DNA of 64,000 nucleotides, taken from Candidatus Poribacteria bacterium (GTDB taxonomy: Bacteria; Poribacteria; WGA-4E; PCPOR2b). This document shows, in pieces, positions 63,148 through 64,000 of this stretch. The position numbers and the translations under genes are program-made. The notes beneath the pieces were generated by a model. It did not search any database, had not been told where the DNA came from, and saw nothing but the letters and a program-made list of their open reading frames with translations. Position 1 is the first letter of the stretch. Each line of letters opens with the position of its first letter. The stretch spans positions 4,128,001 through 4,192,000 of the forward strand of contig OZ244587.1 of the NCBI GenBank assembly GCA_965218095.1, read 5' to 3'.

Positions 63148-64000
63148 ATGGTCAAGCAAAAGGTACAAGTGTCGTTGGATCGCCTGGTCGCGGAATACGT
63201 AGCCAACAATCCATGTTCGCGGGAAATGTTCGAGCGGGCGCGAAAGTCACTGCCAGGTGGGAACACCCGTACTGGCGTGTATATGGCCCCCTTTCCGCTT
63301 TATGCGGATCGCGGCGAAGGCGTCTATTTAATTGACTTAGATGGTCACCGCCTGTTGGACTTCGTCAACAACAACACGGCGTTGATCTTAGGCCACGCCC
63401 ATCCGGTGGTCGTTAAGGCGCTTCAGGCTCAGCTGGTCAAGGGTACAGGCTTCTCCCGCCCGACACCCCTTGAAGTCGAGATGGCCGAGCTGCTGCGGGA
63501 ACGGGTGCCCTCCCTGGAACGGATTCGCCTCTGTAGTTCAGGAACTGAGGCGGTGTTGAATGCGCTGAGAGCCGCCAGGGCCTTCACAGGCAAGCGTAAG
63601 ATTGCCAGATTTGAAGGGGCTTACCATGGTGTGGGTGAATACGCGCTGATTAGCTACGTGCCGCCGCTGGGGCCGGACCTGGGGCCAGCGAACCATCCTC
63701 GGTCAATTCCCTCCACAGCGGGACTCTCGCCGGCGGTTGTAGAGGAGGTGCTGGTTCTACCGTTTAACGATGCTGCGGCCTGCGAGGAGATCATCAATGA
63801 GAATGCCGACGAGTTGGCAGCCGTCATCGTGGACCCGCTGGCAACCGGCGCCGGTATGACCCTCCCGGTCGATGGCTTCCTGACCCGCTTGAGAGAGATC
63901 ACAGCGCGGGTGGATGCCCTGCTGATTTTCGATGAAATTATTAGTTTCAGGGCCTCCCGAGGCGGCGCGCAGGAGCTCTACGGGGTAAGGCCTGACCTGA
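63148..64000 (+). CDS. Class III aminotransferase (glutamate-1-semialdehyde aminomutase-like), partial; absent from the ORF track
   Basis: Own translation: LPGGNTR...LGHAHP...SSGTEA...FEGAYHG...LIFDEIISFR...GVRPDL; RBS AGGAGG. Confidence 0.9.
   Translation, partial: MVKQKVQVSLDRLVAEYVANNPCSREMFERARKSLPGGNTRTGVYMAPFPLYADRGEGVYLIDLDGHRLLDFVNNNTALILGHAHPVVVKALQAQLVKGTGFSRPTPLEVEMAELLRERVPSLERIRLCSSGTEAVLNALRAARAFTGKRKIARFEGAYHGVGEYALISYVPPLGPDLGPANHPRSIPSTAGLSPAVVEEVLVLPFNDAAACEEIINENADELAAVIVDPLATGAGMTLPVDGFLTRLREITARVDALLIFDEIISFRASRGGAQELYGVRPDL

Noticed and set aside
63033-63335. 100-aa ORF in the track
   Set aside because: Out-of-frame overlap with the real aminotransferase starting at 63148.

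Overview
Bacterial chromosomal window with no rRNA, tRNA or CRISPR array recognised. The gene types (tandem LivJ-like lipoproteins, signal peptide-trypsin-TPR protein, PhyH dioxygenase, Uma2 relic, REP and heptamer repeats) resemble Candidatus Poribacteria or similar sponge symbionts; this is an inference. Contents, left to right: (1) an sspB/sspC-like (DUF4007 + ATPase) defence locus behind a consensus promoter and an attC-like site, with sspC carrying a nonsense codon; (2) a penicillin/AHL-acylase gene downstream of a tandem array of 8 paralogous substrate-binding lipoproteins plus a collapsed 9th, with no transporter genes and structured, duplicated spacers; (3) DUF4129/DUF4350 genes, bioF and kinases; (4) a WGR-queE-colicin E5-like RNase-amidohydrolase gene string; (5) UbiA + type III PKS; (6) a sugar kinase/isomerase cluster with purM; (7) an AT-richer R-M island whose two nucleases are disrupted; (8) five IS elements. 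Pseudogenisation is pervasive (in-frame stops, frameshifts, deletions), and several palindromic repeats sit in frame inside genes. The best candidates for new biology are the lipoprotein array and the queE-linked colicin E5-like RNase.
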